Source: Podarcis bocagei
Lineage: Eukaryota
Direction: 5' to 3' (one strand)
NCBI GenBank assembly: GCA_964188305.1
Contig: OZ076888.1
DNA length: 64,000 bases
Of the stretch, positions 39,521 to 51,557 are shown piece by piece. The stretch's first letter is position 1. Every line of letters begins with the position of its first letter. Below the pieces are notes generated by a model, which saw only the letters and a program-made list of their open reading frames with translations, had not been told where the DNA came from and did no database searches. Made by a program: the position numbers and the translations under genes.

Positions 39521-40085
39521 TGCAGTTGTTGGGGATTAATATGACTGTACTGATGCCTCTCCCTCAAAAGAAAAGGTGGGAAGTTTCCACATTTCTCCCC
39601 TCTTCTGCTGGAATAATCTATGCATGTGTTTTAATCTGAAACCAGGTTCTCTTGATAAGTAGTGGAGCTTTACAGTTCCTAGTTCCTCTCTCAGGGAGCC
39701 TTCAACAAAGCCACCCCCAAGTTAGACCTGCTTTCCTTCCTATCATAAACTTCATCAAATATTTAGTCCTTTTGCCTGGGCACCTTTGGTATGTATTTTA
39801 AATAAGGGCGCCTGTTGCTCTGCGAAAGTCCTGTTGTAGACTAAGGAGACAGATTTAAGTCCTCAGGATCTAAGTGCCCCTGCTAGATGTCATTGAATAA
39901 GGGACATTTGGTGGGTGGGGAAGCTGGTAATTTTGATATCAAAGCTTGGTCTGATAGGTCGTCTGCTTGTGAAGCATCCTGTTCTGCAGAATTTATTGTG
40001 ATACTAAGCACCACATGGTCAACTCCCATCCTGCTTGGATTGCAGGATGCGCAAAAGCCAGTTGGTGCGTACTTTGCCTGTCCAT

Positions 40086-40340
40086 TTAGGAGCATTTCAG
40101 GAAACATCTACGTAGGTCACACGGTGTAGATACAGAGAGGAAATGATTCTCCAACATGTTGCAGAGGAGGACGTTATCTGCAGAACGTTGCCTTTGTTCT
40201 GACTCAGCCCACAAGCCTACCACCTGGATATGAAATTCACCAGTTCTTTGCACTGGTTCCAACTCCCAATACTGACCATCTAAAAATTCATCCTTACGTC
40301 TCCTGCAGACTATGGATTCATCCACATCTACCACTTGGAA
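40086..40340 (-). pseudogene. Possible degenerate Merlin/IS1595-family DDE transposase fragment
   Basis: QVVDVDES..RRRK..DGQYW..VQRTGE..RSADNVLL..LENHFL..TPCD follows the recalled motif order of ISXO2/Merlin transposases. No TIR or TSD found; unverified. Confidence 0.3.
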
Positions 40341-41708
40341 TTAATTGCTTAAAATATAATGGTAGTCTAGATTATCTAAATGTGCAAGGCTGATAAAATG
40401 CAGAGACGGGAAGCCACCCTATTATGTACAGAAAGCTTTTCTGAATTTAAAGGCACTGCTTTAGATTTGAGGAAATATTTTCACCCCGGTGTCTGGGCGA
40501 GATATTATGTTATGTCAGCATAACCTGCATATTAAGAGCTGGTAAGGGTGACTCCTAATGCTATGGGAGGTAATTACCTAGCAAAAGGGCAAATATTGAG
40601 AGGTGATGAAATGTGTTACCTGGTAACTATCATGTTCTGCATTTTGACTATCACTGAAGGAAAACAGGAAACCACCTTTTACCAAATCAAAACTTTGGTG
40701 CACTTGGTTCAGTATACTCTACACAGAGTGGCAGCAACGCTCTAGATTTTTCTTCAGAATTCTTTTCTCTCTGATTCTTTTCGTGGAGATGTTGGGAAGT
40801 GAGCTTGGGATCTTTGCTATGCAAAGCCTCTGCTCTTCTAGTGAGGCCCTGAAGCTGAATGCATGGATTCCTCTCTCTCTCTGAGTCCATGAATCAGAGC
40901 CACTTCTGAGTAGACAGTTTATAGCCATGAGAAATATGCACATATCATGTCGGGTACAAAGAGCAAGATCCTTTCATTTATTTACAGTATTTGTATGGCA
41001 CTTTTCTGGCAGACCTCACAAAGCGGCTTACGGAAGATTATTACAACAATAAGCACCTGCTTTTTAAAGAAGGGTTACAAAAAGTGGAAAAGACAACCTG
41101 TTTGTTTAGAAGAAGCTGTTGGTGCTTCTTCTCCCCTCAGGGCAGGTGGTCCCTTCAGATGCCCCCGTGGTGACTCTTCAAAGTTTTTTTACACAGCTTA
41201 GGACCCAGGCGGGTTTCAGGTCATCTTTTCCACCCAGTCACTGAGTTTGCTGTCTTAAAGCTCTCATTTGGGTGCTTCTACCTTTGGAGGCAAGGCAGTG
41301 ACCTGGAGAGAGCCATCTCTGAACTCTTTTCCCATGAAGTTTCACCTACATTATGGTCATTTTGACAGCAATCAAATACCTTTTTATTCCTCCAAGCCTT
41401 TTTAAAACCTTGGAAGCCACTGTGAGAGCTTTATCTGCTGTTTTGTACTATACATCATCAGCTGGTTTTTTTGTCATTCCTTTGGAGCTTTTTTATAACA
41501 ACAACAACAACTGTGATCTACTTTGTGTGCCCCTTTTGTGTCAAAGATGTGGGTTATGCATCCTGTCAACATAGAAACCCTCAATTTCATATCACCCTTC
41601 TTCAGTGCTGCCAGACAAGGGGACTTGTTTCTGCATAACAATTAAAGCAATGTAATTAGTTTACCCATAGTTATACTGTGCCCTCAAGTCATACGATGAT
41701 CTTACATT

Positions 41709-42117
41709 CAGCGGCGTAGCGTGGGTTGTCAGCACCCGGGGCAAGGCAAGTAATTTGCGCCCCCTAACCCGGGGCAAGGCAAGTAATTTGCGCCCCCTAA
41801 CCCCTAACCTGCCGCCGCTGCCAGCTTCTTGCTGCTGCCTGGGCTGGTCTGGTGTGGTTCTCTCCCACGCTCAGCGCTGCGCTGGGCGGCCGCTGCACTG
41901 TCCCTCCCCCAGATAGTCCCTCGCTCTCTCTCCGCACCACACGCCTGGCACCCACCCCCTCCACAGTGGGCGGTGACCCAGCGGCTCGGATCGGATTCAC
42001 ACAGCCAGCACTGCAGTGAGAGAGAGTGAGCCAGGTAGGGGCAGAGAGCTGCGAGTGCGAGTGCGCCCCCCCAGATGTTGCGCCCGGCCCCCCCTGCACC
42101 CCCACGCTACGCCACTG
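41709..42117. mobile_element. hAT MITE, 409 bp (long, GC/CpG-rich form)
   Basis: Same TIRs as 33896-34041; perfect 8-bp TSD CTTACATT (41701-41708, 42118-42125); internal 33-bp tandem duplication at 41735-41800. Confidence 0.93.
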
Positions 42118-43841
42118 CTTACATTGCTGCAGTGAGATGGCTGGACAAATCTGAGTGTATTTGCATAAACAGTCCTACATGGACCTCCCCTAATTCGAAT
42201 TAGTCACTACCCTTCAAGTCCAGCAAAGCCCTCCTAAGGCATTTGCAAGTGCACCTGTTGCTGGGGTGGGAACCATTAACTTGTGTCAACTCCCTGTGTC
42301 AACCAGCAGCTGTCAATATAATTTTGTTATCTGAGTTGCGGGGCCCTCTTGATTGGCAGCATGGGTGAAGTGCTATATACCTTTCTTTTTCCATTTTAGG
42401 AAAGATACGAAAGCCGGGGCAAGAAATGGAAGTTTAGTATGCATTTTTGTCTTCCAGAGTTTTTAAAGGTTTTATTTTTTTATGTGTTAAAAAACAAATC
42501 CAGCAAAGACAAAGCCAGAGCCTTGGGGCTGTTTTTCCAAGTGAATTACAGCCTTTTGTGAAGAGTTTTTTTGGAATACGAACACTGACAGGCTGTCCTC
42601 TCTAGTGGGTGCTCCTCTTCCTCTGACAGTTCATCAGCCAAACTCCTGACCCCACCACCCTTAATCATCCTTGCTTGTCAGTGATATAATTGTGTGATTA
42701 CCAACACCTCCCCCCTCCTGGACTCCTTTCAAATTACTAACAATAGTCCATGTGAAATACAAAATGTAAATGAAGCACCCAGACTAATTTTTCGGCCTTC
42801 ATTCAGATGGACTGAGCTTGCATTCCCCTCCTTTGTCTATGAACATGACTGATGAAGGCTTTCAGGAACTCGGGAGGCCTTCAGTGTAAACGGAGAGGCT
42901 GACGTCATGGTGTTATCGATTTGGGGATTTCACTTTCAGTCGCAGGTTGTGAATGAGCATTGGGGAGATTTCTTCAGGCGAAGGACGCAAGAACAAACAG
43001 CTACCAACTCTACCTTTATTTAGTTCAGAAAGTGGGCATTTTGGGCATTGTTGAGTGTTCTGCATCATCTTAAAAACGGTTTGGGGGGGGCGGAATATAA
43101 CTTGTCCTCACCTTGCCTCCCTGTTTCCTATCCTATTTGAAATTCAGGTTTTTAGCTGAAGAAACTGGCTCCTTTGCATATATTCCTTTAAAGCACCATG
43201 TATGTGTGTGGCACTGTATTAAATATTTTGATGGGAGTGTTTAATAAAATAATTTTGCATATTGAATTCAAAATGAGCTCTAACTTAATTCTGTGTGTTC
43301 AGTTCCTCCTCACTTCACCTCAGTGTAGTCTGCATGGTCTTATCAGGGTCAGGAAGGTCTTTATTTTGACCTAAGAATGGATAGATGTGCTTTTTATCTA
43401 GTGAGGTGCTGGGAACAGCCACAACTGGAGATATGATGAAGGACTTTTCCCAGGGAACGGGGTGTGTGGGAAATAAAGGGTCCAAATAAGTAAACATATG
43501 CACATATATACCTAGAATCCAAGGCTACCATTTGTAGTAGATCCGTGACTGAGCAGCAGTGAGGCCTGGGTAGACCTGACTTCTGAGAAACTTGTATTCC
43601 AGATCCAGTCCTCTATTGCTTTCCATGAGTGACTTGGCATCCAGACAGCTTCTTTCCACCTCTAGCTGTAACTCTGAATTCTCTCCCTGGCTCCCTTCAC
43701 CGCTTTTAGCCCTACAATAAACTTTGCAGCCCCCTCCCTCATTGTGTTTCCTGAAAGTGGGGGAGCTGACATGTTTTTAGTAGGCATTGTAAAGAGTACA
43801 GTGAAGGCAGACCTGTTCAGGGAAGTTTTTAATGCCTGATA

Positions 43842-44006
43842 CAGTAGTACCTCTGGTTATGTAAACTTTGGAACGCAAAAGTGGCAAACCCAGAAGTATT
43901 TTACTGGGTTTAGCCACATGCGCAGAAGTGGTCCTCTGGTTGTGAAAACCTCTGGATCCGGCCGGACCTCCGGAATGGATCCCATCCACAACCAGAGGTA
44001 CCACTG
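43842..44006. mobile_element. Tc1/mariner (Tigger-like) MITE
   Basis: TA|CAGTAGTACCTCTGGTT ... AACCAGAGGTACCACTG|TA; 17-bp TIR with 1 mismatch. Confidence 0.9.
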
Positions 44007-44999
44007 TATTTTATAGGAAAGTGCAGTTGCTCTTATTTAAATGAATAAATGTTCATGCGCACCTGTCTTTGCCCTTTGCCTTTGTTTCTCAAGTAGAAGC
44101 CCCGTGGCAGGTGAACTATAATTCAAGCTATCTGGATTGTTTTCTATGGGGCCAGTAGTGATTTCTCCCTGCTTCAGGGAAGACCATGCTAGAAGACTTG
44201 AAAAGGATGTGGTTCTTTGTATCTAAGGGTGTCCTGACAACCAGTGTTAGTGTCAGTTGTGATTTTAAAGCTGGATTTGTCAAATGTGTGGTGTGTGGGT
44301 TGGCTGTGAGTGATTGTTTAGGAGCTCCAGCTGGTACAAAAAATGCACCAGCCTGTCTCTTGTCTCCTGACAGGAGTGGGTCACTAGCAGTATGTTTCAC
44401 TCATGCTTTGGCATCTGCAGTGGTTCCTCATTCGCTTCTGATCACAAGTCAAGGCTTTTTTATGTTAGTTTAGGCCTAGTGTACTCCTGTGTTCCACTGA
44501 AATCTTCATGGTTGACAAAGAAACTCCTCTTGACTCAGCCATTCATTCTAGTGTTGAGGGGAAGCAGAATTACCCAAAGCTGTATTGCTTTATTCCCTGG
44601 AAGATTACAACCCCCCCCCCAAAAAAAAAACCCCTCAAGCCATATCTTTTAGCAAGTGTTAAAAAGTTTTTTGTTTTTTGCTGTGTTTTTTTTCTGCTCA
44701 TTGGGCCTAAGCCAATCAAGGTTAGATTTTTTGGTAGATGCTGTTGTAGTGTAATATTTACTTTGATTTAGGCTTCTGTTACCTGTCCTGTAGTAGACTG
44801 AGTATTTTAAAGAATGCAAATTAGCAGTCAATCATGAGTCTGATATGCAGTTGTATTTTGAATTAGCTAGTCTGGTATTGATGTCCTAATATTCATCAGG
44901 ACCTTGACATGTGAATCTGCATTTGTCCAGGGGATGGAATGCTGTATTTTATTGAGAGGTAGTTTCAAGTTGCATCCTTGCCATGGACTCATTTGTAGT

Positions 45000-45243
45000 A
45001 TTATTAATAATAATATTTATTCATTTTTTATTTATTCCCCCCCCCCCATCTGGCTGGGTTTCCCCAGCCACTCCGGGTGGCTTACAGCATATATCAAAAC
45101 ATAATAAAACACCAACCATTAAAAACTTCCCGATACAGGGCTGCCTTCAGATGTCTTCTAAAACTTATGCAGTTCTTTGTCTCCTTGACATCTGAAGGGA
45201 GGGAGTTCCACATGGAGGGCGCCACTACCAAGAAGGCCCTCTG
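45000..45243 (-). mobile_element. L2-clade LINE 3' end
   Basis: Minus strand QRAFLVVAPSMWNSLPSDVKETKNCISFRRHLKAALYREVF*, then 3' UTR and a TAA-rich tail. Confidence 0.88.
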
Positions 45244-45816
45244 TACTGTTACATATGAAGGACTGTATGTCTTGTGCTCACTACATGGTGGTATTGTATA
45301 ATCCTAGGCTCCTTGTTGATCTTTTAATAGGAAACATCTTGAATCGGTTCCCTAAACACAGTGGCTGGATGTCAAAATAATTGCATGCGATGGAAGAATA
45401 ATGGTGGTGGTGTTGAACATGCTGTCTTGGTTTGAGCCCTCTTTAGTACATGGGGCCACTGCATTTCCAAGTTTCTTTACTGAACACTGAAAAATTCAGG
45501 AGTACTCCAATGAGTATGTGATAGGTGTTGCCCATGTTATAATCAGTCGTTGCATTTATGTCTGGGAATAAACTTCGTCTTAGGTTACTGTAGATGGTAA
45601 CTATAAGGAAGGCAATGGATTGACTTTCCCCACAATGTATGGGGTAGATCATCTGGTTAATCCCTTTGCATGTGCCTTATTGAACATACCATTCTATTGA
45701 GGCCAGAGTTTTGCCACGTAAAGTGAAATCTGTTGAATGTCAGGTGCGGCTGAAACAACAAGGTTGTTACCAGATGCCTGGGGGAACTGGGGTACTGTTG
45801 TTTGGGAAACTAATGA

Positions 45817-46032
<216 letters not shown>

Positions 46033-48102
46033 TGATTATCTAGGAGCCATAATTGCACTAAGGAAAGTTGACACCCTACCTTGGAGGATTAGTACCATAA
46101 CATTATTACATTGTAAGTTTTTTCTTACAGCATAGTCCTATGCATGCTGACTTGAAAAGGGCTCAGTGAATTCAATAAGTCTTTACTGAGTCCTAGTAAG
46201 TGTGCATAGGATTGCAGCCTTAGTTTGGCCATTAATGCACAGATCGACCTAGCATTGGTAATACTGTTCCTGAAATGCTACTCTTTGTTTTTAAATGATT
46301 CTTTTAAAACTCCAGAACATTTGCAGTTTCACAAACCAGGAAATTCACCAAGAGTTTGTCTTGCACCAGTGCCATTAAAATCAACAGGAGTTGTGCAGGA
46401 CACTGCAGTTTGTAAGCCATTGGAGTCAATTGAAAAATATTTATTGTGCAAACGCCATTAATTCCAGCAGGGCTTGCACTGGAGTTTTAACAGACTATAA
46501 TCACTATAATATCCAAACTGCGGCTCTCAGCTTCATGTTAGAAACTATAATAGAAAGATACCAAAGTTTAATGAATTCACTGCAGGAGAAGCTGCAGTCA
46601 GATGTGGGAAGGTTTCTGTCTTCCCCAGCCTGTTCCTATAGCATATTCAAGATCAGGAGGTTCTGAATAAGTTCAAAACTAATATGTAGTATGAATGCTT
46701 TGGAAAGACATTCGGCTATATGCAATGAGTTTATTGCACTTTACTACGTGCGCCTAAAATTTATATCTGGTGTGATTCATTATGTCATTAATCATAGTCT
46801 TAGAATGCAGATTTTTCCACAAAATTAAATTAAGAGTTGGATCATTTGAAATGATGTGCCCTTCTGCTGGCATTCTTTGTAAATTAACTCTCAAATATAT
46901 TGAGTGTATAAATACCACTGAAATACTGAAGAAAACAGGATAGTAAATAATATGGCTGAAATCATAAGATGTTTACTTGGCTAGAATTTCTCCTGAAACT
47001 GTAATATGCACAACTGAAATAAAAATAGCAGAGTGTCCCTTACTGCCTTAAAGACTAACAAAACTGCTGCATTAATAATAGCAGCAGAAGTGTAGTTTCA
47101 AGTTGGGCTTTAAACTCTTCAGAGATGGAAAGGGGGGAAATAGTAGAATTTGAGCTGGATGGAATTGTTAAAAATCAAGCCCAATCTCAGAAGCAAGGCA
47201 AGACCAGTGAAAGATCATTCAGCATAATCTAGACCAAAGTGTGCCATAGAGAGAATCTGATGTTCAGCACAAATTACTCCAGGTAGCTTAAGCAAGTGAG
47301 CCAGGCCACATGCTACAGGGAAATGCTGCTAAGGACCACCAGTGTTCACTGTTTGGTTTTTTTTTTTAATGGCCTGAAAAGGGAAAGCCAGCACAATAGT
47401 CAGTGACAACACAAAGAAAGAGCCAGACTGTTTTGAAGCAACACAGCAGGTGCTCGTGTTCGCAGTTTTTCTGACTCTTCTCCTGATGGTTTGCTTTAAC
47501 AAAGGGTAGTGCCAGGCTCACAGGGATCAGGATGTGCTTAAACACACTGGAACAGCTCAGGCTTAGCAAGGGAGGGGAACCGTGCTTGCTTAAACGGATG
47601 GCATTAGCCTGAGATGACTTTAGAGTTACGCAACATGCTGGCCATCAGGAAACCCTGTGCACTGGCCTGGTAAGATTTCCCAGCTGCGATCAAAGGAGTC
47701 TGCAGCAGATTACATAAACCACTGTTCAACTGGGAAACTGCTTCGAAGAAATACCTAATAAACCAAATGAACAAGGGTACACCAACCTTTTTTTTTTAAA
47801 CTTCTAATGCCTTTTCCACTCAAATAATCTGAACAGGGCTGAATGTTCCTGGGTCAGGAGACTATGATCCACTAATGGAGAGAGCTGACAGTGCAGCGTC
47901 CTGTGTTAATTAAGCGCTATACTCGATCTCCCCTTGATTTTGTCCTGTTAATTACTCACCAGAATCCTCACAGAGATGTTTTCGTTCTTGTTGCCACCAC
48001 CAGCAAGCTGTTTCGGTGCCACCCGAGAACATAATTCATTTCAGATGTTAGTCAACAGAGGGAAATGAGCCTGCCGAAAAATACTAGGGAAATCCTCTGT
48101 AA

Positions 48103-48281
48103 GGACATAAGAAAAGGTTCATCTAACCCAGCATTGTGTTCTCACTGTGGCCAACCAGATACCTATGGGAATCCCACAAGCAGCTCTGGGGTGCAACAGC
48201 CCTCTGCCCACTTGTGATTCCCACAGCTGGCACTCAGAGGAGTCTTGCCTCTGACAGTGGAGGCAGAACATACCGTAGCTG
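48103..48281 (-). mobile_element. CR1 LINE 3' UTR fragment
   Basis: CATAAGAA...CATCTAACCCAGCATTGTGTTCTCACTGTGGCCAACCAGATACCTATGGGAATCCCACAAGCAG matches the recalled squamate CR1 3' end in reverse. Confidence 0.7.
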
Positions 48282-48319
48282 TCAAGAAACAATAATTTGC
48301 TTGCTTTCTATCATGGCAG

Positions 48320-48491
48320 AAACTTGAAGAGGCTGACAGGAGAAGCCAGCACCAGCTTGATAACCTGGAAAGAGAGCAAAGATTCTTAAAGCGAAGATTG
48401 GAGCAGCTGCAGGGCTCTCAGGAGATCGAGCGAATACGAATGGACAGCACTGGATCAACCATTTCCTCAGATCGCTCTGATTCAGAGCGGG
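48320..48491 (+). CDS. MXI1: MXI1 172-nt coding exon (leucine zipper and RIRMDS phospho-motif)
   Basis: gcAG|AAACTT...GAGCGGG|GTCAGT. Translates [57 protein letters not shown]; overlaps ORF 48398..48757 in frame. Confidence 0.97.
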
Positions 48492-48885
48492 GTCAGTATT
48501 TCATCTGTGACTTTAGAGAAGGGTGCAGAATTTTTGAGGCTCCCTTTCCACACATCTCCCCTCCTTCAGCCTATGAGCAGCTTGAATCTAATTCACCTGG
48601 CAAGGCAGCCTGCTTTCACAGACATCTAAAACATTATTTCTTCCGTGGTAGTTTCTTCTTTAACAAGGCTCACGGCTGGAGTCAGATGAGATGTGGTTCA
48701 AGATATCATTTTGACCCCATGCTGCTTTTCGATTCCTGTTATGGTATTGGCTTTTGATTTTCACCACCCACCCTGGCCCTTCACCTGGCTCTGTTCAACA
48801 CAGAAACTAGTAGCATGAAGCACAATCCAGCGCAAAGATAATGGCTTTAAACCTCATTGATTTGCCATCGCCCAATGTGCACTGG

Positions 48886-49234
48886 GGACACGGGTGGTGC
48901 TGTGGGTTAAACCACAGAGCCTAGGACTTGCCGATCAGAAGGTCGCGGTTCGAATCCCCATGATGGGGTGGGCTCCCGTTGCTCGGTCCCTGCTCCTGCC
49001 AACCTAGCAGTTCAAAAGCACGACAAAGTGCAAGTAGATCAATAAGTACTGCACCGGCGGGAAGGTAAACGGCATTTCCGTGCGCTACTCTGGTTCGCCA
49101 GAAGCGGCTTAGTCATGCTGGCCACATGATCTGGAGGCTGTATGCCAGCTCCCTTGGCCAATAAAGCGAGATGAGCGCCACAACCCCAGAGTCGGTCACG
49201 ACTGGACCTAATGGTCAGGGGTCCCTTTACCTTT
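48886..49234 (+). mobile_element. Full-length Sauria SINE
   Basis: Head GGACACGGGTGGTGCTGTGG, B box GGTTCGAATCC, CTTTACCTTT tail; perfect TSD AATGTGCACTGG (48874-48885, 49235-49246). Confidence 0.95.
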
Positions 49235-49518
49235 AATGTGCACTGGAGTGTTTCATGTGTTGGATCCTCCAGTGACTGTGAAGTGGTGTGTGGCCATACC
49301 CAAATGTATTTCACATTTTCTTCTTTTAGTCATGAGGGACCACAAAACATATTCGGGGAAAGCTCGCAAATTCATTTGTGGTAGAAACATCTCCGGATGC
49401 AAATGGTACCAGTGTTGTTACTATATTTAAAATTGATTTGAAAAGCACATACTGTGAATACGTGAATGACATCACTAAGGTGTGACAAGATGATTTGCAC
49501 TTCTTATCCTACATAGTA

Positions 49519-49865
49519 CAGGCAAACCTCAGAGATATTGTGAGTTCGGTTTCAGGCCACCACAATATAGCAAATATTGCAATAAAGTGAGTCACAGAAA
49601 CTTTTTGGTTTCCTAGTGCATATAAAAGTTTACACTATACTAGATGTTCACACTATACCGTAGTCTAAAGTGTGCAATAGCATAATGTCTAAAAAAAACC
49701 TCCAATGTGCATATCTTAATTAATGTGACACAGAAGCACGACATGCATATGCTGTTGGAAAAATGACTCCTCCTTGATGCAGGGTTGCCACGAACCTTCA
49801 ATTTATTAAAAACACAGTATCTGAGAAGTGCAATAAAGCAAAGTGCAAAAAATGTGGTATGCCTA
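49519..49865 (-). mobile_element. Tigger1-like internally deleted DNA transposon
   Basis: TA|CAGGCAAACCTCAGAGATATTG... and ...GCAATAAAGCAAAGTGCAAAAAATGTGGTATGCCTA|TA match both ends of the recalled Tigger1 consensus, with the transposase removed. Confidence 0.85.
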
Positions 49866-51350
49866 TAATTGGGAAGCAGCGTTAACCAGAATGATTGACA
49901 CATTAACACTGATAAACTCGAACCTAGTCTGCCTTGGCATAATATCAGTATATGTCAACATGGGGTTCTTAGATGAGATGAAGGGAATAGCCAAAATATT
50001 GTGCCCCAAGTCATTGTGTCTGTGCAGGATCAATTAGCAGCAGCGTCTCATCTCCCTTATAACACCCTTGCTAATTTGCTCTTGCTATGCTGGACTGAAA
50101 TAAGGTGTATGTATCTGGCATAGCTATTATTTTAACCTGATTTCTACATAACCATTGAGAAATCTCAGAAGTGAAGATGTTTGATATGTTTCTCCAGGAT
50201 GACTCCAGAATATTATTATCTATTGTTTCCCCCTAGAAGTTTGTTTTACCTTCTGAGGATGGTGAGCCAGTGTGCTTGATGACCCAAAGTATTGTCTATA
50301 TATTTTTAATGGCATGGGACACACATAATGTGCCATGCAGTTTGATACACTATGTGGATTAGTGTCCTCTTTCATTAAAGCCTGTCTTTTATGGTTGCCT
50401 AGAGGAATTTGTAAATACAGGGACACACTTGCAGGTCAAGGCTCTTTGCTGATTCAGTCATTCTAGTCTATATTTCTCCCTGAAGTGCTAGTTTTCCATA
50501 TTCCATATTTTTTTTATTGTATGCACTAGAGCATTTCAACATGTGTTGCATTCTGAGATAATACAGTTCCATGCTTTGCTGTGTGCTTTTTCTAAGTGTT
50601 TGAAACAACAGACTGTAAAAGGAGACTCTGTGCTAGGCATCCATTGGTCAAGATGGCTGAAGGTCTGCATGTCTTCCTGCTCCGCAAATGACCCTTTCCT
50701 AGACCTCATTTGCCCTTGCAAATTTAAATCTCTGAGAACTCAAAAATTTAGAATGAATCGTGCAAATTAAGTGAGAGGATGCCAATTTACTTGTATTACT
50801 AATTCAAAGCATAGAATGTGATAGTGTCTGGGTATAATTTGCATGCAACGATTAATGTGCCTTCCCTGGTTTGCAACAAAGCTCCTTGTTGTTGATTTGA
50901 GAAGGAGTAATCTGTTTTCTAGAGCAGCAGGAGTTCAGATTTACGATATTGTATTGGTAACTATCTGCTTAATCCAAGGCTGTGCCACTAGATATGAATT
51001 TTCTCTCTTGAGCTAGCAGCTGAAAGTGATAATCTAATCAATAGCTTTCTAATCAAAATGACTGAAAATGTACTAAGCAGTTAAATAGTTGTCTAGTAAT
51101 AAGCTCCTTTCCGTGCTCAGGAGCGCTCACCAATAATTTAAAATGTTTAATCCAAAATCTGTTAAATTGGGAGTCCAAATCAGCTGGCACCAAATGGGCT
51201 GTAATAATAATTCTTTCAAAACATTGTTTAATATAACGACAGTTTCCTGCCTTCTGTTCTTCCTTTTTCCTCAATGATACAACACTAGACATTTCCAAGC
51301 AAATCTCATGATGTGGCCAGGACCTTTTGCCATTCTTGATTGAACAGTGA

Positions 51351-51557
<207 letters not shown>

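Noticed and set aside
41761-41810. CCCCTAA units resembling an interstitial telomere
   Set aside because: Only 2-3 units, not the vertebrate CCCTAA array, and part of the MITE internal duplication.
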